From an uncultured Nitrospiraceae bacterium (lineage in GTDB: Bacteria > Nitrospirota > Nitrospiria > Nitrospirales > Nitrospiraceae), in assembly GCA_963730935.1 (NCBI GenBank), contig CAVSTP010000004.1, positions 1,248,001 through 1,312,000 on the forward strand: a stretch of DNA of 64,000 nucleotides, written 5' to 3'. The notes beneath the pieces were generated by a model. It was not told the DNA's origin and ran no database searches. It saw only the letters and a program-made list of their open reading frames with translations. Below are positions 10,590-21,162 of this stretch, piece after piece (within the stretch, counting starts at the first letter, position 1; every line of letters begins with the position of its first letter). The position numbers and the translations under genes are program-made.

Positions 10590-11400
10590 CGGCGAAACCT
10601 CTTCGAGTCTTCTGAAACCACCAGAATCCAGCCCAAGCGATGGCGAAACTGCTGACTGCATACCAGGTCCACCCGATCCAGTCGAAGGTCCGTCCAAAAA
10701 TCAAGACGTTGCGTCCCGCCTCAATTACGAAGGTTAGGGGGTTTAGCTTGAGCAAGTTTTGAAATTCTTGAGGCACCGCGGAGAGAGGGAAAAACACCGG
10801 AGAAATAAATAAGAAGATCGTAGTGACGATGCCGGTGACCTGGACAATATCGCGGATGTACACACCAAGGGCCGAAAGGAACCAGGCAATTCCAAGTGTC
10901 GCGCATAGCAAGGGCATCAGCACGAACGGAATCAGCACAATGGTCCAGGGAATGGTCCCGTGCGTCAACAGCAGTGCCAGGAGCATGACTGCCAAACTGA
11001 TGCCGCCATGAAAGGTGGCTGAGCCCATCGCCACACAAGGCAGAATCTCCAATGGAAAAACGACTTTCTTCACGTAGTTGGGATTTGAAAGAATCAAACT
11101 CGGCGCGCGATTCACGCATTCGGCAAACAGCGCATGAAGAATCATCCCGACGAATAACAGAAGAGCAAAATCGGCCGTACTGCCTTCCGCCATGCCTGGC
11201 CATCTCGCTCGAAAGACGACCGAGAAGACAAAGGTGTAAATCGCCAACATCACAAGCGGGTGAAACAGCGACCATCCCAATCCCATAATGGACCCGCGAT
11301 ACCTTCCGAGCACATCCCTTTTTGTCATCTGGACAATTAGGGAACGATTGCGCCAGAGACTGGCGAAAATCTCTTTAGGTGAGCTGGGAAAATGTTGCAT
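10579..11400 (-). CDS. wzm: Polysaccharide ABC exporter permease
   Basis: RYRGSIMGLGW, multiple TM helices, LNPL, C-terminal FADVV. Confidence 0.92.
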   Translation of the reverse strand: MQHFPSSPKEIFASLWRNRSLIVQMTKRDVLGRYRGSIMGLGWSLFHPLVMLAIYTFVFSVVFRARWPGMAEGSTADFALLLFVGMILHALFAECVNRAPSLILSNPNYVKKVVFPLEILPCVAMGSATFHGGISLAVMLLALLLTHGTIPWTIVLIPFVLMPLLCATLGIAWFLSALGVYIRDIVQVTGIVTTIFLFISPVFFPLSAVPQEFQNLLKLNPLTFVIEAGRNVLIFGRTFDWIGWTWYAVSSFAIAWAGFWWFQKTRRGFADVV

Positions 11401-11424
11401 GACAAGAAGGTGGAAATCGTGGAA

Positions 11425-12306
11425 TCAATACACCGTTTCTTGTAGGACTCGTAGCAAATACTGTCCGTATCCATTCTTGGCCAATGGTTCCGCAAGACTC
11501 TCTAATTGCTCGGCATCGATCCATTTTTGCCTGTATGCAATTTCTTCCGGACACGCCACTTTGAGTCCTTGTCGGTGTTCCAGTGTGGCGATGAACTGGC
11601 TTGCATCGAGCAGGGACTCGTGTGTCCCAGTATCGAGCCATGCGTAGCCGCGACCCATGAGTTCCACATTGAGCTTTCCCACTTCCAGATAAGAACGATT
11701 CAGGTCTGTGATTTCTAGTTCTCCGCGGGCTGAAGGCTTAAGACCCTTGGCCACATCGGCGACTTGTTCGTCATAGAAGTATAGACCAGTGACAGCATAG
11801 CTGGATTTCGGCTTACAGGGCTTTTCTTCGAGCGATACTACCCTGCCGCCTTGGTCAAACTCGATGACCCCATACCGCTCCGGATCCTGAACATGGTAAG
11901 CAAAAATGGTGGCGCCCTCCGTGCGTGCCATCGCATTCCTCAGTAAATGATGAAAATCATGGCCGTAGAAAATATTGTCGCCTAACACAAGGGCTGACGA
12001 AGAGTTCTTAACAAAGGATGCACCAATAATGAAGGCTTGTGCCAGACCATCAGGCGATGGTTGTACAGCGTATTGCAGATTGAGCCCCCACTGTTCTCCG
12101 GTGCCAAGTAGTTGCCGAAACCGGGGAGTGTCATGCGGCGTAGAAATGATTAGGATTTCTCGGATGCCAGCCAGCATCAGCGTGCTGAGCGGATAATAGA
12201 TCATTGGCTTATCAAATACCGGCAACAACTGCTTCGATAATGCTTGGGTAACCGGATACAGTCTGGTTCCTGAACCTCCAGCGAGGATGATGCCTTTGCG
12301 TGTCAT
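11425..12306 (-). CDS. rfbA: Glucose-1-phosphate thymidylyltransferase
   Basis: [35 protein letters not shown]. Confidence 0.97.
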   Translation of the reverse strand: MTRKGIILAGGSGTRLYPVTQALSKQLLPVFDKPMIYYPLSTLMLAGIREILIISTPHDTPRFRQLLGTGEQWGLNLQYAVQPSPDGLAQAFIIGASFVKNSSSALVLGDNIFYGHDFHHLLRNAMARTEGATIFAYHVQDPERYGVIEFDQGGRVVSLEEKPCKPKSSYAVTGLYFYDEQVADVAKGLKPSARGELEITDLNRSYLEVGKLNVELMGRGYAWLDTGTHESLLDASQFIATLEHRQGLKVACPEEIAYRQKWIDAEQLESLAEPLAKNGYGQYLLRVLQETVY

Positions 12307-12355
12307 GCAGAACCCTAATTCACAAAAGGTGACGAGCCGGCGACATTAGTCGCCA

Positions 12356-13750
12356 TTAATACGCGTGCTTATGAATGAATCCTCTCCACAGAGTGAGACA
12401 CATGATTTTGAGGTCAAACCACACTGACCAGTGTTCGATGTAATATAAGTCATGCTCAATCCGTTTATCGAGTGACGTATCCCCCCTCCACCCATTCACC
12501 TGGGCCCATCCTGTAATGCCTGCCTTCATCTTGTGTTTGAGCATGTAGAGTGGAATCTGTTTCCTGACTGCCTCCACGACCCACGAACGTTCAGGGCGCG
12601 GCCCTACGATGCTCATCTCTCCCTTGATGACGTTGAAGAACTGAGGCAACTCGTCCAAGCTGGTCTTGCGGAGAAAGCGGCCAATGCTCGTCACCCGAGG
12701 ATCATTCTTCGGAGTGAGCAAGACGGTGTCACCGGGTTGGTCGACCAGCATGGTTCGAAATTTGAGCATCATAAAGGGCTTCCCGTCCACGCCCATTCGT
12801 TCCTGTCGATAAAAAACAGGCCCTGGCGATGTCAGCTTCACGGCCAGCGCAATGACGAACATCAATGGGGCTGTCAATGTCAGTGCCACCGCCGCACCGA
12901 TGAAATCCGTTATGGCCTTCACGACGACGTTCCATCCATAGAGAGGCGAGCCCTGTAAGGTGATGACAGGCAGGCCCTCGAACATCTCGGCCTCGGCACG
13001 CAAGGTGATGAATTCGTAGATGGAAGGAATGACCTTCACCTCCAGCGTCGTTGTGGCCAAAAACTGCAAGATCTTCTCCGCCCCCTGCTCTTCATCAGGA
13101 GGCAAACAAACAAACACAATGTCAAGCGCTGGCGCATATTTCTCTATGTCTGAATAGAGACCACTGACCCTTATTCCTTCATATGTTTGCCCTAACTTAT
13201 TCGGATGGCGCGTCAGAAAGCCCTGTATATTGATTCCAAATTCGCTATGCATCGCGATCAGCCGTGCCACTCGTTGTCCCAGTTTTCCTGCTCCGATCAC
13301 GAGAGAGTGGCGCTGGTTAAACCCTTGCTTGCGCATGAACCGCAGGCCCTCTCGGAAGGCCATGCGGGAGAAACCAAGCGCAACGAGATTGAGCAGCCAG
13401 AAATAAAGAAACACAAGCCGGGAGTATTCAAATTGACGGTGAAACGCGGTGAAGGCGACAAGGACAAGAACGGATAGCGTATTGGCCTTAGCAATGTCCA
13501 AAAATTCCGCTAGGTGTGATCCCATGCGCCGGGGACGGTACAAGTTGAAGGCTCGAAACGATATTCCCCATACCGCGAGAATCGGAATCAGCAGCCACAG
13601 GTAGATCTCAAAAGGCGGAATGCCCTTATCAATCGGCGCAAGCCCCTCCAGAAATCGAAGATAGTACGCGAGGAGCCAGCACCCGCAGATCACAGCGAGG
13701 TCAAAGAGAAAAAGAAGACTCTGCAAGAATTGTGAGTGTCGTTTGAGCAT
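12356..13750 (-). CDS. wcaJ: Undecaprenyl-phosphate hexose-1-phosphate transferase (WcaJ/WbaP-like initiating transferase)
   Basis: N-terminal TM helices, KFRTM, LDELPQ, SIVGPRP, GITGWAQV, DLYY; start at MLKRHSQ. Confidence 0.9.
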   Translation of the reverse strand: MLKRHSQFLQSLLFLFDLAVICGCWLLAYYLRFLEGLAPIDKGIPPFEIYLWLLIPILAVWGISFRAFNLYRPRRMGSHLAEFLDIAKANTLSVLVLVAFTAFHRQFEYSRLVFLYFWLLNLVALGFSRMAFREGLRFMRKQGFNQRHSLVIGAGKLGQRVARLIAMHSEFGINIQGFLTRHPNKLGQTYEGIRVSGLYSDIEKYAPALDIVFVCLPPDEEQGAEKILQFLATTTLEVKVIPSIYEFITLRAEAEMFEGLPVITLQGSPLYGWNVVVKAITDFIGAAVALTLTAPLMFVIALAVKLTSPGPVFYRQERMGVDGKPFMMLKFRTMLVDQPGDTVLLTPKNDPRVTSIGRFLRKTSLDELPQFFNVIKGEMSIVGPRPERSWVVEAVRKQIPLYMLKHKMKAGITGWAQVNGWRGDTSLDKRIEHDLYYIEHWSVWFDLKIMCLTLWRGFIHKHAY

Positions 13751-13798
13751 GAGGATAGTTCGCTTACCGGCCGTAAGACGCGCCTGCACCGAAAGGCG

Positions 13799-14716
13799 CT
13801 ATTTCGAATGCATGCTCGCCCATCGAACGATCCAGTTTGGCAAATACGGATACAAATGTCCTAACTGGTACCCTCCCCATTTGGCAGCGTTGCGGAGGAG
13901 GCTTACGGGAACAAAGCGCGTAAAGCCGTTGTTACGGAGGAAGGCTACCTCCGATCGTACGAATCGCAAACCCTCAGAACTTGCACTCCCATATCTTTCA
14001 AGTATCCACTGTTCCCTGTTAAAAAAAGCACCGAGATCGAAATACCGCTTGAATTCCTGCTGCATCGAATAGTTGTGCGAGTGATAGACGACCGCATCGG
14101 CCACGTACGCAATGCGGAATCCGTTTACCAGCATCTTCGCACATGCGTGCATGTCCTCCCCCATCAACAGCCCTGCCTTAAACCACCCGACGTTTTCTAG
14201 AGCCTTTCGCTTGTACGCGGCAAAAGAATTGGAGCAGAAAAATGTTTTCATACCGTATTGGTCACAATCCTCGATTGCTCGAGTATGCGAGACAGCTGGA
14301 TAATTGAACGCTCTGAGATGCTGCGCAAAGGGGGTGGCGTCTCGATGAGGAACCTGGCGACCAAATGCCGCGCCTATCCGGTCGTCTTCAAGTAGTTTCG
14401 ACACGAGCGCGGACACTGTTCCTTCATTCAAAGGAAGCGCGTCTTGGGTCACATACACTAGGACGTCACCTTTCGCCAACTTGCCCATATTGGTACGAGT
14501 CCGGCCGTGGTCGAAGTCCCGCTTCGGAATGACCAGCGTCCTCGCTCCATGAGACTTCGCAATGGATAATGTATCGTCTGTCGAAGAGGAGTCGACCACA
14601 ATGACCTCGAAGAGACTGAGCTGTTGGCGGTTCAATATCTCGAGTAACGTCCCAAACGAAGGCCCAGCATTGTACGTCGGGATGAGAATGCTGACCATCT
14701 GGTCAGCGATCAGCAC
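13799..14716 (-). CDS. GT2 glycosyltransferase (rhamnosyltransferase-like)
   Basis: SILIPTYNAG, VVDSSSTD, FDHGRTR, TQDA, HSHNY. Confidence 0.85.
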   Translation of the reverse strand: MLIADQMVSILIPTYNAGPSFGTLLEILNRQQLSLFEVIVVDSSSTDDTLSIAKSHGARTLVIPKRDFDHGRTRTNMGKLAKGDVLVYVTQDALPLNEGTVSALVSKLLEDDRIGAAFGRQVPHRDATPFAQHLRAFNYPAVSHTRAIEDCDQYGMKTFFCSNSFAAYKRKALENVGWFKAGLLMGEDMHACAKMLVNGFRIAYVADAVVYHSHNYSMQQEFKRYFDLGAFFNREQWILERYGSASSEGLRFVRSEVAFLRNNGFTRFVPVSLLRNAAKWGGYQLGHLYPYLPNWIVRWASMHSK

Positions 14717-15927
14717 GCAAGCACCTTTTCATAGATGCGTTCAAGCTCTTTGATATGACGGTCAAGGGTTCTGGGATGCTTCCAATACTGGTCATGGGCT
14801 GCACGACCCATGGCCGACGCACGTTGAGGTTCGCGGATGGCCACCATCTTCCTCGCCAGATCTCGGCTGTCGCCGGCTTTGAACCATGATCCAGTGACAC
14901 CATCAATCACAGAGGCGCGGGCTGCCGAGGCGTCGGACACGATCGATGGAATGCCAAGCGCTGCAGCCTCAGAGACAGCGAGTCCTTCAGTTTCATACAA
15001 AAGGGAAGGAAATACCAAAGCCCTTGCATGTTTCAGCTGTGCGGTGACCTCCTGCCGCGAAAGCCAACCCAACATCTTAGCCGTAGGGCAGCGGCGCAGC
15101 ACATCCGCACGCTGGTCTCCGTCACCTATAAATACAGCTTCACAGCCTACCTGACTTGCGGCCTCGGCGAACAGCTGAGGACCTTTCTCTTGCGCGATTC
15201 TTCCGACCATCACAAATGCAGAATTTGCTTCGACGTCTACAGGATCTTGATAAGACGCCTGAACAGGATTTTGCACGTGATAAATCTGTGAGTCCGGAGG
15301 TAAAAACGGCTTGAGAATGCGTTCGCTAAATGGTGACACGACAATGAAATGGCGGATCTCTCTCGGGAGGCCACCGAAGCGGTTTTGCACGACTTGGCGT
15401 ACCACCCGCCATAACTTCTGACCGTAGTGTCGCCGGTCACACTGGCTGGCGATGCACGAACCGGAAAGCGGCCGGAGCTCGCAAATGGTATTCGTGGTGT
15501 AATTGAAAAAGCTTCCGTTGGGGCAGGCCGAGAAGTAATCGTGAAGTGTGCAAATAACTTTGAACTTGCGCGACAAGGCGGCTCTGATCACGCTTGAAGA
15601 AAGCGCTTTGGTCCACCCGTGGACATGAACCACCGTCTGATGAGGGTCCAGGTTGCTGAGAACGTCCTCCATGGCCCGAGCCGCCTTCCTGTTCCAGAGA
15701 CCTTGCACAAGCGCGCCCATTCGCTGCGGATCGTCGGCAATAGCATGTTGGCCCGTGCAGACCACACGAAACACGCTCTTTTGAACAGCCGGATCGATTG
15801 GAGGAACGGCCGACAGGAGGGTAACCCGGTGTCCGGCATCTGCAAGTCCAATGGCACCTGATAGCGCAACGACGCTGTTGCCGCCTTCAACGTGAGCAAA
15901 ATCGCTGACGACAACGATGTTCAACAT
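14710..15927 (-). CDS. GT4 glycosyltransferase
   Basis: TLHDY, GRIAQEKG, PSLLYETEGLAVSEA (EX7E). Confidence 0.88.
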   Translation of the reverse strand: MLNIVVVSDFAHVEGGNSVVALSGAIGLADAGHRVTLLSAVPPIDPAVQKSVFRVVCTGQHAIADDPQRMGALVQGLWNRKAARAMEDVLSNLDPHQTVVHVHGWTKALSSSVIRAALSRKFKVICTLHDYFSACPNGSFFNYTTNTICELRPLSGSCIASQCDRRHYGQKLWRVVRQVVQNRFGGLPREIRHFIVVSPFSERILKPFLPPDSQIYHVQNPVQASYQDPVDVEANSAFVMVGRIAQEKGPQLFAEAASQVGCEAVFIGDGDQRADVLRRCPTAKMLGWLSRQEVTAQLKHARALVFPSLLYETEGLAVSEAAALGIPSIVSDASAARASVIDGVTGSWFKAGDSRDLARKMVAIREPQRASAMGRAAHDQYWKHPRTLDRHIKELERIYEKVLAC

Positions 15928-15974
15928 CGATGAAGGATGAAAGACACACCAAACGGAACTGTTTTTTGAGCGCT

Positions 15975-17162
15975 CTAAGAAAGACCGACCAGATCTATCA
16001 TGCGACGGACGATTCGGTTCCAATCCTTGCCGGCAGCGTAGTTCTGAAGCGTGCTCTGTTCTGGCGGCCGCGAGATGGCCTCTAGAATCCCTGCAAGAAA
16101 GTGTTCCCGGTCGTTGGTTAATGCCGCGGGACTTTTAAGATTCTGTAGCTCTTCCCACTCTACCGCGACGACAGGCAATCCGCTGGCCAGATATTCATAC
16201 AACTTGAGCGGATGAATGCTGCGCACGAGATCCCGGTGATTGACGACATCGAAGGGAATTAACCCTACGTTTGCATGCTGCAGATAGCCCGGGAGTTCGT
16301 CGTAGGGCCTCGACCCCAGGACGAAAAGATTCTTGGCAGGTTTCAACATCGTCCGTGCTCGGTGGTCCGGACCGACGAGAACAAATGAGACTTCTGGCAG
16401 ATGCGCCACCGAGAAATTCATCAGCTCCCAATCAAACCACACATCCATCGCGCCGATATATATCGCAATCGGTTTCGGAATGGCGTCGTATTCGCATGGC
16501 TGTTCATCTCGCTTGCGAAAGAAATGATCGAAATTCACTCCGTTGGGCAGATGTGCCATATTTCGCGGATGCATTGCCTTTACATGTTCTTCCAACGTTT
16601 GAGCGGCATAGACGACAACGTCGACCCACTGTGCCAAATCAAGCTCCGATTCAGCGAGTGCAGGTGAGAATTTGTCGAATGACGAATAGTGGTCAGCGAT
16701 CCGATAAACCGCCTTGCGATGCGGGACATCCCGTAACCAACTGAATGGCACGGCGCTGTCGCAGTACAGGAGGTCGGCCTCTGCAAATCCGGCCCCGCGC
16801 ATCACACGACCAATTGGGGGCCACGCTAGCTTGGCCCATTGGCGGGATACCCAACGATTCCTTAAGATGGGCTTATTATGAGGCGTCACGAACGCCCCCG
16901 GAACATACGCCCATAAATGTCCCTTGAGGTCCCATTCGCCACCACCAGCATACAGGCGATATCGCTCCCGTAGCTGCTGAAACTCGCCGCCTCCTACATG
17001 CCACGGTGAAATGGGATCAGAGACGAACGCGACGTCCCAACCTGCATTGACAAAACCACGAGCTAGATGGTGGCTTCCCACCTGAAAAGGAGAATTCCAA
17101 TGGTTGGCGGCAGCCACAACGACCTTTTTTCGCATCGCCATTGACTGGATCTCAGAGGCCAA
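15975..17162 (-). CDS. GT-B glycosyltransferase (TuaH/GumK-like)
   Basis: PNGV, IYIGAM, PLKLYEYLASGLPVV. Confidence 0.85.
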   Translation of the reverse strand: MASEIQSMAMRKKVVVAAANHWNSPFQVGSHHLARGFVNAGWDVAFVSDPISPWHVGGGEFQQLRERYRLYAGGGEWDLKGHLWAYVPGAFVTPHNKPILRNRWVSRQWAKLAWPPIGRVMRGAGFAEADLLYCDSAVPFSWLRDVPHRKAVYRIADHYSSFDKFSPALAESELDLAQWVDVVVYAAQTLEEHVKAMHPRNMAHLPNGVNFDHFFRKRDEQPCEYDAIPKPIAIYIGAMDVWFDWELMNFSVAHLPEVSFVLVGPDHRARTMLKPAKNLFVLGSRPYDELPGYLQHANVGLIPFDVVNHRDLVRSIHPLKLYEYLASGLPVVAVEWEELQNLKSPAALTNDREHFLAGILEAISRPPEQSTLQNYAAGKDWNRIVRRMIDLVGLS

Positions 17163-17242
17163 CGAATACTACTCGATCTCAACCTATTTGACGGCTTTTA
17201 GGGCAATAAACCATCCACAATCTCTGGGATGGACTTCAGTAC

Positions 17243-19558
17243 TCATACCTTGATAGTCCACTCAATACACCGTGATTCTGTTTTCAGAGAAATGACATGT
17301 GTTCGAGCAAGTAAGCCGTATCCATTCGAATGGTACGAATCAGCAATTGACCATTCGCCACCAGCACTGGATAGCCTGTACGTATGCGAATTACAGATAA
17401 GATCTACACGGGTGGGATCCGATGAAAGGGTTACCCTGAGAGATGGCGGGACATGAAACAAGACTTGTTTGGCACCTTCAACCGCATATTGGTCGCATGC
17501 ATGGATGCCATTTTGCGTGATGCGCATCTCGCGCCGGTGGCTGGAGCCAAAGCCTGAGTGTTCTCCTAGAAAGTGAGTCGGCTGACAGGCAATGACTTTC
17601 GGACTCGACCTGTCTCGGAGCAAAAACAATCCTTCTCGCCCTTCCTTCCAGTCGTTCTGTTCCCTGCCATCAATCACCAGACTGTTGTGCATCGAGGTGG
17701 ACCTAAACCGATTCCTCATATTGGGCAAGGGGGTGTACACATAGGTGCCAGGGTCTGTAACAAGCACATTCCCATCAAAAGCCAGCTCAAAGGACAAAAT
17801 GTCATTATGTGCGTGGTTTCCGATTTGATTGACGTCACCTCGCCCACATCGTATGGCAAGGTACACTCGGGGCGATTTGTAGACGAATAGGCCGAAATCC
17901 GGATAGGCAGCTACCCGCAACCCTTTCCGAAGATCTCCTGATAACGCCGATGCCTCTCCCGCGGTGTTTTCTTCTGAGGGGGTCCTGGTGGAACACGGCA
18001 CTGGTTCCGGATCAGAGCGATCCCGAGACCCTTTGGCTAGACGACGGACAACGTACGAGTCAACATGCTCGCGTTTGTCACCGATTTGCGGGTTGGGCGC
18101 ATCCAATAAGGCGCCGATGGCAGATATGAGATGGCCATGATCCAATTGGTCCTCTTCACATCTTGGATCATCCGTCGTGTAGGAGGGATGTAACTTCAAG
18201 AAACGCCCGTTGTCGCAGTCGCCGATCTGCACAACATGTCCGTCGGGTCTCGTGATATCCCGAGTGAACTCGGCCATGAGACCAATCCTCTCGAAGTACC
18301 AATCCGGGAAGGGAGAGGCTTCATGCTGTCCCGCTCTGTAATGAAGGATCAGTGGCGGAGGGCCTAATGCCGGTTGTGTACGGTGCATCCTATGATCGTA
18401 CGACATGAGTGCGCTGCGTTTTTCCGAATTCAGACCCAACACTAGAGCTGTCGCATACACAACCATTTCTGCGCATAATCGATGATAGCTCGTAGACGCC
18501 TCGAAATTCGCGCCATCCGGCGTAAACTGATGTCCGACCTCTCTCACGAGCTCTTGAACGGAAAATGCCAACCAGAGGTCGGTTTCGGCAGACCGAGGCA
18601 AGTACGCCGCGACGAATAGCAAGCCAACGATGTCTGCTAGATAGTGATTCCCGACGGCTTCGTTGTTCCATTCCAAATTGGCAATGATATGCGAGCCATG
18701 CTGGTACACACTTCGCATGAGCTCGCGTTCGAACTCCGCGTCGAAACGTGCGCCGAAGGCATGGAAAAGATCATAGCTGACCAACCAGTTCGCCACACGA
18801 ATAGCGACGTCCATCGTGCAAGCCCAGTTCACTCCAAAACGCGGGGGATTTGTCGCAACAAAATCCAGAATCTGATGACGAAACTCGTTCACGTATACTT
18901 CCGGTCTCTCAAACCCATGTGTTCGCCGTGACGCCACGGTAAAGCCGTAGGCCAGCATAGGCAGGTGCTGCATGCGCGCGAGTTCCCACGGCACTTTGAT
19001 GTCGACCCCCGCCTTATGCCCGGTATGCACAAACGGGATCTGCTTGTACCAGTCCGCTTCCGACCAACGGAATCCGGATTTGAAATCCAGTTGCCAGTCA
19101 ATTGGCGCGTACCCTGGCTGAATCAAGCTCCAAATACGACGTGATTCTTTCAGGTTCGCCGGATTGATATAGGCATTAAGCCAATTTCCTTGGGCATCAG
19201 GGTCCACCGCTGAACCTGCATGGTATCGATGGCCTTCCATTCCTTTGCATTCGATGCCGTGTCGGACGTCCATCCAACCGGAACCCAATAAATCAAAACG
19301 ATGACGGCAATAGTTCTCGAGAAGCGAAGCGAGATGAGAGGTTGGGAAGGACCAGGGAGTGCCGGAGAGTCCGTCGAGGTAGCGAAGCAGCTGTCGGGAA
19401 GGGAAAGCCTCTTCTTTCAAATATGTGGGGTGTCGCAAATCCCCTTGTCTGCGTGCACGCTCACTGCAATGGCGTCTGACGCGGCCGATGACCTTCTGCA
19501 CGATCACATGAGGCGGCAGCGACAAGACTCGATGTGCTTGATTAATTAACCGCCTCAC
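17243..19558 (-). CDS. Heparinase II/III-like (alginate lyase family) protein
   Basis: DIKVPWELAR, GNHYLAD, EASTSYH, HAHND, DPGTYVY, RSTSMHN; start placed at GTG overlapping upstream stop. Confidence 0.85.
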   Translation of the reverse strand: MRRLINQAHRVLSLPPHVIVQKVIGRVRRHCSERARRQGDLRHPTYLKEEAFPSRQLLRYLDGLSGTPWSFPTSHLASLLENYCRHRFDLLGSGWMDVRHGIECKGMEGHRYHAGSAVDPDAQGNWLNAYINPANLKESRRIWSLIQPGYAPIDWQLDFKSGFRWSEADWYKQIPFVHTGHKAGVDIKVPWELARMQHLPMLAYGFTVASRRTHGFERPEVYVNEFRHQILDFVATNPPRFGVNWACTMDVAIRVANWLVSYDLFHAFGARFDAEFERELMRSVYQHGSHIIANLEWNNEAVGNHYLADIVGLLFVAAYLPRSAETDLWLAFSVQELVREVGHQFTPDGANFEASTSYHRLCAEMVVYATALVLGLNSEKRSALMSYDHRMHRTQPALGPPPLILHYRAGQHEASPFPDWYFERIGLMAEFTRDITRPDGHVVQIGDCDNGRFLKLHPSYTTDDPRCEEDQLDHGHLISAIGALLDAPNPQIGDKREHVDSYVVRRLAKGSRDRSDPEPVPCSTRTPSEENTAGEASALSGDLRKGLRVAAYPDFGLFVYKSPRVYLAIRCGRGDVNQIGNHAHNDILSFELAFDGNVLVTDPGTYVYTPLPNMRNRFRSTSMHNSLVIDGREQNDWKEGREGLFLLRDRSSPKVIACQPTHFLGEHSGFGSSHRREMRITQNGIHACDQYAVEGAKQVLFHVPPSLRVTLSSDPTRVDLICNSHTYRLSSAGGEWSIADSYHSNGYGLLARTHVISLKTESRCIEWTIKV

Positions 19559-21153
19559 CGACAGAGCTCCGCCAACTTGTCGATGATCCGTCCGGTGTGC
19601 GCCTCCCAGGTGAAACGGGAAACCACATCCTTTCTGGCATTTGCGCCGAGGCGCTCTCTCCGCGATTTGTCCTCGACGAGCACAATTATTCCTTCGCACA
19701 AGGACTTGACGTCCGCGGGCTTCACCAATAGAGCTGTCATATCGTGGCGCAGTACTTCTCCGATCTGATCGAGATCCGATGCAACGATGCCCTTCCCCAT
19801 TGCCATATACTCGAACAGCTTCGTCGGAGATCCAAAAAAGGGGGTCCCGTCTGGATTCGGAACATGCGGCGAAACCAGGATATCGCAGGCGGCCAGATGC
19901 TCTGGTCCTTGCTCTTGCGCAATAAGTCCCGTAAAAATCGTAGCGGCTTCAGCTCCTGATTTAGCCAATCGCCGCTTGACTTCTGGCATCATGACGCCGT
20001 CTCCGATCATGAACAGGCGCACCGTATCCCGATGCTGCGGATGAGCGTGCAGCAGTTGACCGAAGGCTTCCGCAAGGACTTCCGCCCCATGCCAACGTCC
20101 AAACGTCCCGATAAACCCGAGGACAATCTTGTCTTCAAGACCGTATCGCCGTCTCACAGCGGTTCCATCCACAGCCGGCGTGTATCGATCGGGGTTTACC
20201 CCATTGGGATTGACGAGAATCTTCGCTGAATCAATACCTTGACCGATAAGTTCCTCTTTGATCGCATTGCTGACGACGACGACAAGATCGGCGGCTGCCA
20301 GATTCAGCGACTCGATGCGCACCGAGAGTGGCTCATACTTCAATGCCTTCCCCCAGTTTCGGGCTACCCAAATTTCAGAACCATTAAATTCAAGGACAAA
20401 AGGGACATGGTAGCGCTGTGCAAGCTTCAGCCCCGTATAGTTATTTAGGCTATACCTTTGATAGATGAAAGCAGGCCGTCGTGAGCCAAGGACTTGTGAA
20501 ACTCTTCCATCGAGGGACTGATTAAATTCGATGCTTGGCAAGTCTCTAAAATCCCTAAACCGTCCAAGCGGGCGCAGCACGTGAGTTTCAACCGATTGGT
20601 CTACTGTGGGAACGTGATCAGTCGTGATAAACACGGGTTGGCCCGAATAGCGGCTCAGGTGGTTGAGCACGCCGGCGATATGGCCGACCGATCCACCGGA
20701 TTGCAAACCGTACGTGAGGTCTGTGCGCAGGTACAGCGGCGATGGTGTCAGGTTGAGTTTTTCCTTTAGCGGAGGCTGGATGTTTCTCAATGACTCCACC
20801 TCGGCAGTAACTTCTCGAAGCAGCCGGGATCTTGCAAATGTATCTAACACAAAACCAAAAAGAAGCTTGGCCAGTAGTTTGGCTCCTATACGTTCTTCCT
20901 GACCCGTTTCATCCTGAAACGTGCAGGGCCCGCGGCTTAGTAGACGTAATAAAATGGCGGTACCCAGTGGTTTGTTCATCAAATCAACTCTATGCGTGTA
21001 CAGCCTGGCCCGCTTATAGGCGAACAGATGCTTTACTCCCTTTCCAGAAACGATTTGCTCACGCAACTTCTCTAAGGGAAGAACGTTGCCTGAGAGGGAG
21101 GCAGGCACTTTCACTCCTAAATCACGCACCACGGTAATTTCAGACGTATCCAT
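19555..21153 (-). CDS. GT4 glycosyltransferase with N-terminal extension
   Basis: GGSVGH, PNGV, GTFGRWHG, SPTKLFEYMAMG. Confidence 0.88.
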   Translation of the reverse strand: MDTSEITVVRDLGVKVPASLSGNVLPLEKLREQIVSGKGVKHLFAYKRARLYTHRVDLMNKPLGTAILLRLLSRGPCTFQDETGQEERIGAKLLAKLLFGFVLDTFARSRLLREVTAEVESLRNIQPPLKEKLNLTPSPLYLRTDLTYGLQSGGSVGHIAGVLNHLSRYSGQPVFITTDHVPTVDQSVETHVLRPLGRFRDFRDLPSIEFNQSLDGRVSQVLGSRRPAFIYQRYSLNNYTGLKLAQRYHVPFVLEFNGSEIWVARNWGKALKYEPLSVRIESLNLAAADLVVVVSNAIKEELIGQGIDSAKILVNPNGVNPDRYTPAVDGTAVRRRYGLEDKIVLGFIGTFGRWHGAEVLAEAFGQLLHAHPQHRDTVRLFMIGDGVMMPEVKRRLAKSGAEAATIFTGLIAQEQGPEHLAACDILVSPHVPNPDGTPFFGSPTKLFEYMAMGKGIVASDLDQIGEVLRHDMTALLVKPADVKSLCEGIIVLVEDKSRRERLGANARKDVVSRFTWEAHTGRIIDKLAELCR

Positions 21154-21162
21154 ACCCCCTAG

